Positions 1 to 9,500 of a DNA stretch of 56,903 bases are shown here, piece after piece. This DNA comes from a virus. Its lineage: Duplodnaviria > Caudoviricetes. The position numbers and the translations under genes are program-made. Location of the stretch: positions 1 to 56,903 of IMG/VR virus record IMGVR_UViG_3300025141_008849; one strand, given 5' to 3'. Below the pieces are notes generated by a model. It saw only the letters and a program-made list of their open reading frames with translations. It was not told the origin of the DNA and did not search any database. Within the stretch, counting starts at the first letter, position 1. Every line of letters begins with the position of its first letter.

Positions 1-479
1 CAGATGACTTTGTTATTAAAGGTGCTCCACCTGATATTCCAAAAACAGTAGGGCAAGCAGTACAAATGCGAGATTATGTACAAAAAACATTTAGAGATAG
101 AAACTTAGTAATGTGGCACGGTACAAGCGAAGCACGATGGGAAATAATACAAAATAAAGGGTTACATCCAGGTAAAACTGGCGAAGCATATGTTGATTTA
201 GTGCCAGGCTATTCAGAACATAATATATATCTTGCTACTACTCCTAAAGCGGCACAATATTATGCAAAACGGCAAGCAAAGAAAGACAATTCAAAAGGTA
301 TTGTTTTACAAGTACAAGTACCCAATCCAAATAAAATAGTAGCAGATGATCGATTTGCTCGTGCTTATGATGCCAAAGGAATGGGGCATGATACAAGGCA
401 AATCAAGTCTAGTGTTAGAGAACTAGGTGAAGTTGGTTACAAGGGTTGGATTCCTCCAAAATTCATATCTAAAAAATAA
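1..479 (+). CDS. ADP-ribosyltransferase/Tpt1-like NAD-binding domain protein, 5'-truncated by window edge
   Basis: Frame is open from position 3 up to the ATG at 66; motifs WHGTS...IQNKGL...IYLATTPKAAQYYA...VLQV fit the H-Y type ART fold. Confidence 0.6.
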   Translation, partial: DDFVIKGAPPDIPKTVGQAVQMRDYVQKTFRDRNLVMWHGTSEARWEIIQNKGLHPGKTGEAYVDLVPGYSEHNIYLATTPKAAQYYAKRQAKKDNSKGIVLQVQVPNPNKIVADDRFARAYDAKGMGHDTRQIKSSVRELGEVGYKGWIPPKFISKK

Positions 480-480
480 A

Positions 481-487
481 ATAAATA
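481..487 (+). promoter_or_regulatory. Putative T4-like late promoter (ATAAATA)
   Basis: ATAAATA in the short intergenic gap before the virion-like genes; short motif in an AT-rich genome. Confidence 0.4.
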
Positions 488-508
488 CTAAAAATAATTG
501 GATTATGT

Positions 509-3235
509 ATGAAATCGTCTGAGTTGTTAAATGAAGCAGTTACCGGAGATATAACGGTTGGCTTTGAATTAGAATGTATCGTTCCTATAGATTTCGAAGG
601 ACTGATGCACGATGATATCAATAGTCTAATAGCGGCTAACAATTATCAAGTAGGCGAAGATTCGAGTGTACAAAGCGATGGTACAGAAAACGAAGACGAT
701 ATAGGTATTGAAATAGACATTGGCTCTGTTCCTGGAAAATTTGGACAACAAAGACGAATTGTTGCTAGTCCTGGCGACTTTGCTCACGTAGCAAAATTTA
801 TTGCAGATATGTATGAAGCAGGTATGTATACAAATCATACTTGTGGTTTCCATGCACACTTTGGCTTAGGCGAATTGCGTAGTGCAGATTCATTGCGTAA
901 TTTTTGGTTTGCTTGTTACTTTATTAAAGAAGGCATGTTTAATCGTTATTCTCATTTTACAAATGATCCTAAAGAAATAGACTATAATCGAATAATACCA
1001 ACAATTAATGCAGACGGACAATATCAGTATCAAGAAAGAGCTGGTATTCCTCAATTTGAAGATCAAGAATATGCTAGTTTTCCTATGTACTTTGAAGCAG
1101 TTCAAGAATTTGAAAATTACATGGGACAGTTAAGTTCAAAAGAAGCAAAAATAGAATATGCAATGCAGGTTGCATCTAGCAAATATGGTACAGCAGGATT
1201 TGAAAAATATAATTTAATGAATGTACACGAACAAGGCACCCTCGAATGGCGTGGTTTACGTTTTGGTAATGAGAGAGACGGCAACAACTTTAGAAGAGAC
1301 CAAAAGCATATAATGGATTATTTAAAGTTTGTATATAAATTTACTACAGAACTTGCAAGATCACTTGATAGATTAATGACTTATAAAGTAGGTGGTGTTA
1401 CTTTACAAGAAGTGCAACGAGCATATCAACAAACTTCTCAAACACGTAAATCAGTTTCGGGTGCATTAATAACACAATTTAGAGATTTATTTAATTCATT
1501 TGGAATACCCAAAACAGTAGTTAAAGATGGTGTTACTGCACTGGCACGTAATATTCAAGTCAAACTTAGTTCAACAAAACAAAGTAATTTTGATGCAGAA
1601 AAAATTGCTCAACATATGAGTCATTTTGCATCATTATCATTACCTATATGGCAACAACTTGAATGCATGTCATGTAAATTAGATCCTAATATTATAACTG
1701 GTGTTAAACCAAAATTTGAATTAGAATTAAAAGATGGAAACTTTTCTGGAGCAAAATTTGATTTTAGAAATGTTAAAAACTGGCAGAAGTTATTGGCTTG
1801 GCATGGATTTAATTTTGTTGATTGTGTGTTTGAAAGTTGTGATTTCTTTTGGGATGCCCCTACTAAGTATGGTACATTTAATGGTCCTTATGGATTTGAT
1901 CAATGCACATTTATAGATTGTCATTGGGGATTTCCAGTTGGTTCTAAACCCGACCCAACGTGGCTAAAATTTATAAATGAAGAAGATATTGCATTAGATG
2001 AATGGGGAACAGGATTATCTAACAATGTTATGCCCGAATCTATAACTGAAGCAAATAGCATATTTGATAAAATGAAAGATGTAAACGTTACCTCATCGGA
2101 AACCTGGATGAGACAACAACAGAATGGTAGTCAGTGGTGGGCAGAGCAAGAAGATCCGGGGGCGTATTATGGTGAACAGAGAGAACATACACTTAAAACT
2201 GATAACGGAGAACGGAAAGATATAACCACAACACCAGAAATATGGAATGGTAAAGAGTGGACCAAACACATATCACCAAAACTTCAACAGGATTCAAATT
2301 ATAATACACACCAATGGTTGTCAGGTAGCAAAGATTTAATTGAACCAGACGACAGCGGAAATATCAAAATTGCTCCACTGCCCGGGGACGACGAACAAGA
2401 GGCACCTGAAAATAATAGTGATTGGGATGACGACGATCCGTTTGGTGGACGAGATGCTGATGACTTAATACATGATTTTGAAAATGACGAGGAAGAAAAA
2501 AATACACCCGAACCTGAGCCGGAACCTGAGCCTGAGCCGAAGCCAGAGCCGAAGCCAGAGCCGGAAGACGAAATAAAGCCATTGGATGTTAATCCTCCAA
2601 CGCATCCAAGTGTTGATTTGCCCGAACCTGAGGTAACTGCACCACAAGCACCAGAAATAGACGATATACCAGAACCAGAAAGTGAACCTTTAGTGCCACC
2701 AGTTAAGTTTGATCCAATAACGCCCGACGAATTAGAACCACCGCCTATTCCTGTGCCGTCGACACCTAAACCTAGTGTAACAACACCGTCAAATTTAAAA
2801 CCTAGTACAGGATCGAGTGTTCCACCAACGCCAGAACTTGGCAAATACGACGGAGGACCCAGCGTACCGGGTGGTAAAATTGCAGGACCTAAAGTACCAA
2901 GCACTGGTACAAAACCAGGTAAAATTGCAGGACCGGGCACTAGTACAGGACCAGGCACTAGTACAGGACCAGGCACTAGTACAGGACCGGGCACTAGTAC
3001 AGGACCAGGCACTAGTACAGGACCAGGCACTAGTACAGGACCAGGTAAAGGTAAAGGTAAAGGTAAAGGTAAAGGTACATTTCAAACTGATATAAACGAC
3101 GTAATTAAAAAACTAGAAAAATTACCAGTAGGAATAACAAAAGGAACAGATAGTGCTATCACTGGGGACGAGTGGGACAAAAGCCTGGCAAAGATGAAAG
3201 CAAGTAAAGCAAAAAGATTGGCGAATATGAAATGA
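509..3235 (+). CDS. Probable virion protein: N-terminal amidoligase-like (COOH-NH2 ligase type 2) domain plus acidic, Pro-rich and repeat C-terminus
   Basis: VGFELE, TCGFHAHFG and GTLEWRG motifs; N-terminal LLNE|A; EP, GTSTGP and GK repeats. Confidence 0.65.
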   Translation: MKSSELLNEAVTGDITVGFELECIVPIDFEGLMHDDINSLIAANNYQVGEDSSVQSDGTENEDDIGIEIDIGSVPGKFGQQRRIVASPGDFAHVAKFIADMYEAGMYTNHTCGFHAHFGLGELRSADSLRNFWFACYFIKEGMFNRYSHFTNDPKEIDYNRIIPTINADGQYQYQERAGIPQFEDQEYASFPMYFEAVQEFENYMGQLSSKEAKIEYAMQVASSKYGTAGFEKYNLMNVHEQGTLEWRGLRFGNERDGNNFRRDQKHIMDYLKFVYKFTTELARSLDRLMTYKVGGVTLQEVQRAYQQTSQTRKSVSGALITQFRDLFNSFGIPKTVVKDGVTALARNIQVKLSSTKQSNFDAEKIAQHMSHFASLSLPIWQQLECMSCKLDPNIITGVKPKFELELKDGNFSGAKFDFRNVKNWQKLLAWHGFNFVDCVFESCDFFWDAPTKYGTFNGPYGFDQCTFIDCHWGFPVGSKPDPTWLKFINEEDIALDEWGTGLSNNVMPESITEANSIFDKMKDVNVTSSETWMRQQQNGSQWWAEQEDPGAYYGEQREHTLKTDNGERKDITTTPEIWNGKEWTKHISPKLQQDSNYNTHQWLSGSKDLIEPDDSGNIKIAPLPGDDEQEAPENNSDWDDDDPFGGRDADDLIHDFENDEEEKNTPEPEPEPEPEPKPEPKPEPEDEIKPLDVNPPTHPSVDLPEPEVTAPQAPEIDDIPEPESEPLVPPVKFDPITPDELEPPPIPVPSTPKPSVTTPSNLKPSTGSSVPPTPELGKYDGGPSVPGGKIAGPKVPSTGTKPGKIAGPGTSTGPGTSTGPGTSTGPGTSTGPGTSTGPGTSTGPGKGKGKGKGKGTFQTDINDVIKKLEKLPVGITKGTDSAITGDEWDKSLAKMKASKAKRLANMK
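2930..3077 (+). repeat. Coding tandem repeats: 6 x 18 nt GGACCRGGCACTAGTACA (GPGTST) then 5 x GGTAAA (GK)
   Basis: Read directly; in frame and without spacers. Confidence 0.95.
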
Positions 3236-5409
3236 GAGTTACTGAATTTTTAATAGAAAGTATAGTTGGCGATTTACGTAATAGTATTGTTCGTGGTTTA
3301 AAACCAGAATTTGGTCCTGGTAATAACACATACGAAGGTATTTTAAATGGGTTTGATCAAACTGCAAAATTTGCTAAAGATTCATTTACTAAAGACGCCG
3401 GCGGAATTGATAATTCAAAAGTTGTTTGGGCATTGCAATGGTATGTATTAGATACTAAAATGCATTACTTAGATAAAAGCCCAGCGACTGAGCAGTATAA
3501 CCTTTTTACAGATAAAGAAAAACAAAGAATTATGAATACTGCAAATAAAAAAGGTGTACGAATAGGCAGTCAACAAGTACGTAATATATGGCCAGGAGGC
3601 GGTCCTAGTGATTGGTTTATGGCATATGATCACTTTGCAGGTACACACGGTATTGCAAATAAAGTTCAAAATTTAGCATTTGATCCGGCTACAACTCCAC
3701 GAGACTTACATAATGAATTACAAAAAATAGAAACCGATTGGTTAGAAACACTTAAAGATGACAAACGAGCAATCCAACACGGTGGATCAATGACCGACAT
3801 GGATTCAGGTGAAGTGGGTGATTGGAAAGAACTTTACAATGTAATGATGGAATTTGAAGATGGTGGTTGTTGGTTCAACTTAAACAGATCGCATTGTGAA
3901 AAAGAAGGTGAGTCAATGGGTCATTGTGGTAATAAAGCCGACTTTGATGAAAACGAAACAATTTATAGTTACAGAACACCTTCAAAAGATAAAGACGGAT
4001 ACTGGATACCACACTTAACTTTTATATATAATAACATAACCGGACTGTTAGGTGAAATGAAAGGCTATGGTAATAAAAAACCTAGTGAAAAATATCACAA
4101 TGTAATTGAAGCATTAATAACTTCTCCTTGGGTTAAAGAAGGTATTAGAGGCGGAGGTTACTTACCTGAAGAAAACTTTAGTGTATGGGATTTAGATAAT
4201 GCAGAGGAACTAATTAAAAAGAAGCCGTTACTTGCTGGTGATAATTTAGACAAGTATATGTATGAAATTGGATTAGATAAAGGGTTTGAAAAACTAATTC
4301 AAGCACGTATAGGCGAAGATGCAGTTTTTGAAATACAAGATGACGTCTGGGCATCAAAGGCCAACACAGGACAATACCTATATAAAGTCGAAGTTAGACT
4401 AACAGAGAAATACAAAAACTTTGCCGAATTAATAAATGCAGAGTTCCACGATTCACCATACAATATGCTTTTAAAATACCATCACACTTCAGACTCAGTT
4501 CCGTGGAGTACAAGCGAAACAGCACACGATGTAGCCGCCGAAGACGAGCATTTAGAATCTGAACGTCTTGAACGTATTTTACAATATAGTCCGCCTGCTG
4601 TCAACAGAATTATAGTCGAGGAATTAGCACATTATAGTGGTGACGATCCAAGTAAAGTAGAAGAAAATATATGGGAATATTTACAAAACCATGGTGGTAA
4701 ATTTTCAGATTGGATTATAGATGCAACTCGTGAAGCGATTGTAAATGGATATGAAGAAGGATTTCATCATGAAATAAGAAATCAAGCAGTACATCATATT
4801 GAAAGTTTAAATAATAATTATTTTGGCTGGGGTGCTAAAGAATCACAATTAACAATACAGGCCGCAAAGCCAGGCCGTTGGGATTTAGATGATAACGAAT
4901 GTTTTGTAACGGCATTACTAATGGAATTGGTAGAAATTATTACAGACATGGAACGTGATGGTGAATATGTACCACGTGATTGGTGGTCAAATTATGCAGT
5001 AGAAAGTGACGACGAAGAAATATTTACTGCTGAAAATATATATGCAAATACTACTTGGGATTATATTAGAGCAATAAAAGATTTTAGCCAAAGCATGATG
5101 CACGCCCCGGACTTACATGATGGTGAAGCATTCCACGAAAAATATGATAGATTACGGCAAGGTGTGGGCGACCCGTTACATGACATGAGTGCTAAAAGGT
5201 TAGAATCAGCAGAAAACTGGAAACCAATACTAGACGAAGACGGCAATGATCAAATGATGCCGTTGATAAAAAAACTTAATAAAATTGTTAAAACTAAAAA
5301 GCAAAGTAAAAGCGATCATGATAATATGCATAGACTCGCACAATTAGCAGGATTAAATAATCCCGATAAAACAGTACATAAAGTACTTAAAAAAAGAGGA
5401 TATACTTGA
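3232..5409 (+). CDS. Probable virion protein with a PcfJ-like domain
   Basis: EGESMGHCG...IYSYR...PHLTF...EMKGYGNKKP pattern; N-terminal FLIE|S; C-terminal RLAQLAGL. Confidence 0.5.
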   Translation: MRVTEFLIESIVGDLRNSIVRGLKPEFGPGNNTYEGILNGFDQTAKFAKDSFTKDAGGIDNSKVVWALQWYVLDTKMHYLDKSPATEQYNLFTDKEKQRIMNTANKKGVRIGSQQVRNIWPGGGPSDWFMAYDHFAGTHGIANKVQNLAFDPATTPRDLHNELQKIETDWLETLKDDKRAIQHGGSMTDMDSGEVGDWKELYNVMMEFEDGGCWFNLNRSHCEKEGESMGHCGNKADFDENETIYSYRTPSKDKDGYWIPHLTFIYNNITGLLGEMKGYGNKKPSEKYHNVIEALITSPWVKEGIRGGGYLPEENFSVWDLDNAEELIKKKPLLAGDNLDKYMYEIGLDKGFEKLIQARIGEDAVFEIQDDVWASKANTGQYLYKVEVRLTEKYKNFAELINAEFHDSPYNMLLKYHHTSDSVPWSTSETAHDVAAEDEHLESERLERILQYSPPAVNRIIVEELAHYSGDDPSKVEENIWEYLQNHGGKFSDWIIDATREAIVNGYEEGFHHEIRNQAVHHIESLNNNYFGWGAKESQLTIQAAKPGRWDLDDNECFVTALLMELVEIITDMERDGEYVPRDWWSNYAVESDDEEIFTAENIYANTTWDYIRAIKDFSQSMMHAPDLHDGEAFHEKYDRLRQGVGDPLHDMSAKRLESAENWKPILDEDGNDQMMPLIKKLNKIVKTKKQSKSDHDNMHRLAQLAGLNNPDKTVHKVLKKRGYT

Positions 5410-5441
5410 CCACATAGTCATTAACGTGGTTCACGTTAAAG

Positions 5442-5684
5442 ATGAGACATAAATTATTTGCCATACTTGTTTCAGATAATGCAGATGATGAAATTTGGCA
5501 TGATTTAGCAGTTCAAAATAAATTAGAAATATTTGATCGCTGGTTTAAAAAAACAGGTTATAAACGAGATAAAGACTATATTTTTATACAAAACTATGTA
5601 AGTACTGATTATCTGCTTACAATAGAAGTCTTTGTTGAGATACGCAAAAAATGGTTAGAGGTATTATATAAACTTCGTTGGTAG
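5442..5684 (+). CDS. Small hypothetical phage protein
   Basis: 80 aa ORF in the + strand gene run. Confidence 0.6.
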   Translation: MRHKLFAILVSDNADDEIWHDLAVQNKLEIFDRWFKKTGYKRDKDYIFIQNYVSTDYLLTIEVFVEIRKKWLEVLYKLRW

Positions 5685-5697
5685 AATAGGAGAAAAT

Positions 5698-6216
5698 ATG
5701 GCAACGTATAAAGAAGATGAAAGCGGCTGTCCATTCATTTATAGAGTGGGAGCAGTAACAAAAGTAGTAGATGGTGACACATTAGATTGTGTATTCGATT
5801 TAGGCTTTGATGTTATGGTAAAACATCGTGTAAGGATGCTTGGTATCGATACACCTGAGTCAAGAACACGAAACAAAAATGAAAAAGTATACGGCTTACT
5901 AAGTAAGGCCGCACTTAAATCATGGGTGCATTGGGCAGTTATGTCAGACAGAGATGACATTGACATTCAAATTAGATGTCCAGAAGCAGACAGCCGAGGT
6001 AAGTTCGGTAGAATTTTAGGCGAAGTTTGGGTAAACTGTAATGCAGAAGGTGAGTATGGCGGTTGGACTAATGTCAACAAATGGCTTTGTGAAAACGGAC
6101 ATGCAGTTGGCTATTGGGGGCAAAACAAAGATGATGTTATACCTGAACATAAGGCAAATAGAGAATTTTTAGCAGAGCACGGTAAACAAGAACTTTTACA
6201 ATGGGACGACAATTAA
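5698..6216 (+). CDS. Thermonuclease (staphylococcal nuclease-like)
   Basis: KVVDGDT, RMLGIDTPE and GKFGRILG motifs; AGGAG SD upstream. Confidence 0.9.
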   Translation: MATYKEDESGCPFIYRVGAVTKVVDGDTLDCVFDLGFDVMVKHRVRMLGIDTPESRTRNKNEKVYGLLSKAALKSWVHWAVMSDRDDIDIQIRCPEADSRGKFGRILGEVWVNCNAEGEYGGWTNVNKWLCENGHAVGYWGQNKDDVIPEHKANREFLAEHGKQELLQWDDN

Positions 6217-7190
6217 TAAAAATAGCCTGTCTTGGCACAAGCCATACTGCCGGCATGGACGAAAATCGCAATACGTTTGAATTTTATGATAGTTGGCCTG
6301 GTATTTTAAGCAAATATTTAACTAAGCACAATATAGACAATTACATATATAATGCCGGTGAACCCGGAGCACCTCTTGATTTCTATCCAACAAAAATTTT
6401 AAACTTATACAATGAATTTAAGCCTGATATGTTTATTATTGAAGTGCCTGATACTGATAAAATTGATATAGATATGTCAGATACTATGACAGGTGATCCA
6501 ATTGAAAAAAGAAAAACGTATCATAAAATATTTTCTAGACAAATTGTTACTACTAAAGATTGGGTTAAAGGAGAAGAGCAAAAGCACAAAGTAAATTTTG
6601 CTAGAGCAGAATGCGTAGATTTTTATCATAAAGGAATTGATAAGAAAGATGTAGAGATAGGATTTAAAGGTTCAGGCTCACCAGTAATAGACCAATTCTA
6701 TCAAAGTTTTAATTTAGATGATAGGATAAAAAACATTGTATCAGAAAAATTTAACGAACTTAAAAAGGGTGTAGGAGCAAAAAATTTCCCACATGTGCTT
6801 TCATATCTTTATACTAAATCAATTATTACTGATGGCAGTGATACAGAAATGACACAATATTTGTCAACTATATTGGGCCTAATTAATACATTTAAAGTAT
6901 TAGGTATTAAATTTTTATTATATAAACACACTCCTACGTGGTTTACACATCATAATATTTTTTTAGAAACATATAAACCTTTGTTAAATAACCCAGAATA
7001 TTGGCTTACTGGTAATATGTTTTTTAATTTTAGAGACTGGACAAAAACAAAAGCACAAGCAATAGAAAGCGAACTTCATTGGGAAATTCTTTGGAAAGAA
7101 ATGTTTGTAGATACAGTACATTTTAAACCATATGTATTTGAAATGTTTGTCGATGAATTAATGGGACCAGCAATAAAGAAATTATGCTAA
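6201..7190 (+). CDS. SGNH/GDSL hydrolase-like protein
   Basis: CLGTSHTAG, SWP, NAGEPG and C-terminal DTVHF. Confidence 0.6.
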   Translation: MGRQLIKIACLGTSHTAGMDENRNTFEFYDSWPGILSKYLTKHNIDNYIYNAGEPGAPLDFYPTKILNLYNEFKPDMFIIEVPDTDKIDIDMSDTMTGDPIEKRKTYHKIFSRQIVTTKDWVKGEEQKHKVNFARAECVDFYHKGIDKKDVEIGFKGSGSPVIDQFYQSFNLDDRIKNIVSEKFNELKKGVGAKNFPHVLSYLYTKSIITDGSDTEMTQYLSTILGLINTFKVLGIKFLLYKHTPTWFTHHNIFLETYKPLLNNPEYWLTGNMFFNFRDWTKTKAQAIESELHWEILWKEMFVDTVHFKPYVFEMFVDELMGPAIKKLC

Positions 7191-7969
7191 TATGTATAGG
7201 TTGTAGTTGGACGTACGGAAACGAAATTCCAGAAACAGATTGCTTTAATTATGCTTATCCTGTACACTTAGGTAAGTTATTAAACAAGGAAGTTGTAAAT
7301 TTAGGAATGCCGGGCGGAAGTAACGAAAATCATCTAGTAAATTTTATTACATATGTTGCTAATAACAAAATACCAAAAGATACAGTAGCAGTATTTCAAA
7401 CAACAGAATTTGTTAGGAAACTAGGATTTAAACAAAGTAGTTTAACAAACTATTTTAGAGGTAAACTTGTTAAAGCATCTGCTTGGGTTGATAGAGAAAA
7501 TTACTGGCTTAGTTTACATACTGGTGCACCAGATGATAAACGATATAAAGAGTTTGGATTAAGTTGGAAAAACTATATAATAAATCAAATGTGTGATGAG
7601 GAATTAGTGCATAGGAATTTTTTACAATTTTATAAATTTCAACTTATATGTAAAGGATTAGGTATAAAACATTTTATTAAACCTGGCTGGATTCATCCGG
7701 CACATGCAGTACGACATAAAATAGAAAGTCGTAAATTATTAAATATAACCAACGGAATGGATTGGAATAGTATTTCGGAAATTCCAATGATACAACATAT
7801 ATTTGATGAAACAGGATACAATTATAAAGAATATTTTGATTGGGGAAATATGCAAGGGCCTAAACCTAAAAAGTTTAAAGATCATGTTAAAGACTATATG
7901 CATTTTTTTCATCCTACTAAAAAAGGACATGAACTTATAGCGAAACATATGTACAAGGAGATAACATGA
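7184..7969 (+). CDS. SGNH hydrolase-like protein (paralog A)
   Basis: CIGCSWTYG, NLGMPGGSN, HPTKKGHELIA. Confidence 0.7.
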   Translation: MLICIGCSWTYGNEIPETDCFNYAYPVHLGKLLNKEVVNLGMPGGSNENHLVNFITYVANNKIPKDTVAVFQTTEFVRKLGFKQSSLTNYFRGKLVKASAWVDRENYWLSLHTGAPDDKRYKEFGLSWKNYIINQMCDEELVHRNFLQFYKFQLICKGLGIKHFIKPGWIHPAHAVRHKIESRKLLNITNGMDWNSISEIPMIQHIFDETGYNYKEYFDWGNMQGPKPKKFKDHVKDYMHFFHPTKKGHELIAKHMYKEIT

Positions 7970-8730
7970 TTATATGTATAGGATGCAGTTGGACACACGG
8001 AATTGAAATACCAAAAGAAGATCCGTGGAATTATGCATGGCCAAAATTACTTGCAGATAAATTAGACACTGATGCAGTAAACTTAGGAGAACCTAGTGCA
8101 AGTAACGAAGGCATGGTAATTAATTTTTTAACATATATAGCAAATAATGACGTACCTAAAGATACTATTGCTATTATGCAAACAACAGACTTTGATAGGA
8201 AAGCCGCTTTTAGAAAAAAATCGTTGTTAGAAGAAAGTGATAATGTTCCAGCAAATGAATGGGTTAGTAGACACGACTATTGGGTTAGTTTACATGCCGC
8301 TGATGGCAAGTATCCTGAATTAATGCCATGTCTTGAAGCATATCTAAAAGAAGAACATTGCGTAGTTGAACAAGTAAGTAGAAATTTTTTACAAATATTA
8401 CAATTTCAAATGATATGTAGAGCATTAGGAATACGTTATTATGTAAAACCTGCTTGGTGTCATCCTGCACATTATTTAAAACACTATATAAGCAACATTA
8501 AAACACTTAATATAAACAACGGTATTGACTGGAGTATGGTTGCTAAAGAACCTATGATACAAGACATATTTTGGAAAGCAGGCGATGAAAAAGTGTGGGA
8601 CTGGGAAGAAATGACAATACCGCTTAAAGATGATCATAAAGTTGCAGGCGATTTAATGTATGATTTTCACCCATCAGAAAAAGGACACAAAGTCATAGCA
8701 GAAGAATTATATAAATGGATAAACAATTAA
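7966..8730 (+). CDS. SGNH hydrolase-like protein (paralog B)
   Basis: CIGCSWTHG, NLGEPSASN, DFHPSEKGHKVIA; colinear with the preceding gene. Confidence 0.7.
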   Translation: MIICIGCSWTHGIEIPKEDPWNYAWPKLLADKLDTDAVNLGEPSASNEGMVINFLTYIANNDVPKDTIAIMQTTDFDRKAAFRKKSLLEESDNVPANEWVSRHDYWVSLHAADGKYPELMPCLEAYLKEEHCVVEQVSRNFLQILQFQMICRALGIRYYVKPAWCHPAHYLKHYISNIKTLNINNGIDWSMVAKEPMIQDIFWKAGDEKVWDWEEMTIPLKDDHKVAGDLMYDFHPSEKGHKVIAEELYKWINN

Positions 8731-9500
8731 TTGTTATAGCATGTCCGGGACATAGCAATGGCGAGTTTCTTGCTTGGTTATTAAATCATAGTCCTGATTG
8801 CCCGCAACCAAGTAATACACAATGGACTATGTATACAGGATTTTTAGGAACACATTACAGGGCCGAAGATTCTGCTACATTAGATCGGTTTCAACCGCTT
8901 GGCAGTTTATATAGGAAATTTGATAGACCCGGGCCTCCAGAATTTAAATGTGATCTTAATAAGTTAGAAACATTTACTAAAGCATGGAAAAACTTAAAAA
9001 CAGATCAAACAGACTTATGCATATATGTTAATTGCATGAATTCGCAGGAAATAATAGATAGTAAAATTGTTGACTTAGTTGGCAGACCATACTGGGATAT
9101 GCCTAACTACACACACAGACATTTCCATTCAGTTATGGAGTTTGATCCAGGTTCTACAGAAACACCAGGTACAAACCAAGAAACATACGATGAAATCGCG
9201 GCACAGTTAGTAAAACAACATGTATCTCAAGTAAGAGACATTCAAAGTACTAATTATGACTTTATTGTGTGGCAAAGTAAAATATTTGATATATTTGAAG
9301 TAATGAAAGTTTTTGATATTTGTAGGTTGACAAAGCCACATTCTAACTATATGCTAAAAGCAATACAAGATTATCATAAAATAAATGAACCTACACACGA
9401 ATATTGTACGAGGTTAAATAGTAGTAATTGGGATTCTCTTATACAGAAGTATTGTAAAGTAAGAAATATTCCAGATGATTTTCAGGTACCACATTTATGA
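8715..9500 (+). CDS. Hypothetical protein, possibly degenerate sulfotransferase/P-loop fold
   Basis: N-terminal strand then PGHSNGEFLAWLL, similar to the starts of the ORFs at 15999, 26923 and 47693. Confidence 0.35.
   Translation: MDKQLIVIACPGHSNGEFLAWLLNHSPDCPQPSNTQWTMYTGFLGTHYRAEDSATLDRFQPLGSLYRKFDRPGPPEFKCDLNKLETFTKAWKNLKTDQTDLCIYVNCMNSQEIIDSKIVDLVGRPYWDMPNYTHRHFHSVMEFDPGSTETPGTNQETYDEIAAQLVKQHVSQVRDIQSTNYDFIVWQSKIFDIFEVMKVFDICRLTKPHSNYMLKAIQDYHKINEPTHEYCTRLNSSNWDSLIQKYCKVRNIPDDFQVPHL

Noticed and set aside
2930-3043. 18 nt repeats with an ACTAGT palindrome as a CRISPR array or iterons
   Set aside because: No spacers; in frame, with variation only at a synonymous position, so a coding repeat
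2299-3095. Alternative-frame and antisense ORFs (2299-3030, 2795-3085, 2817-3095)
   Set aside because: Shadows of the low-complexity repeat region of the 908 aa gene
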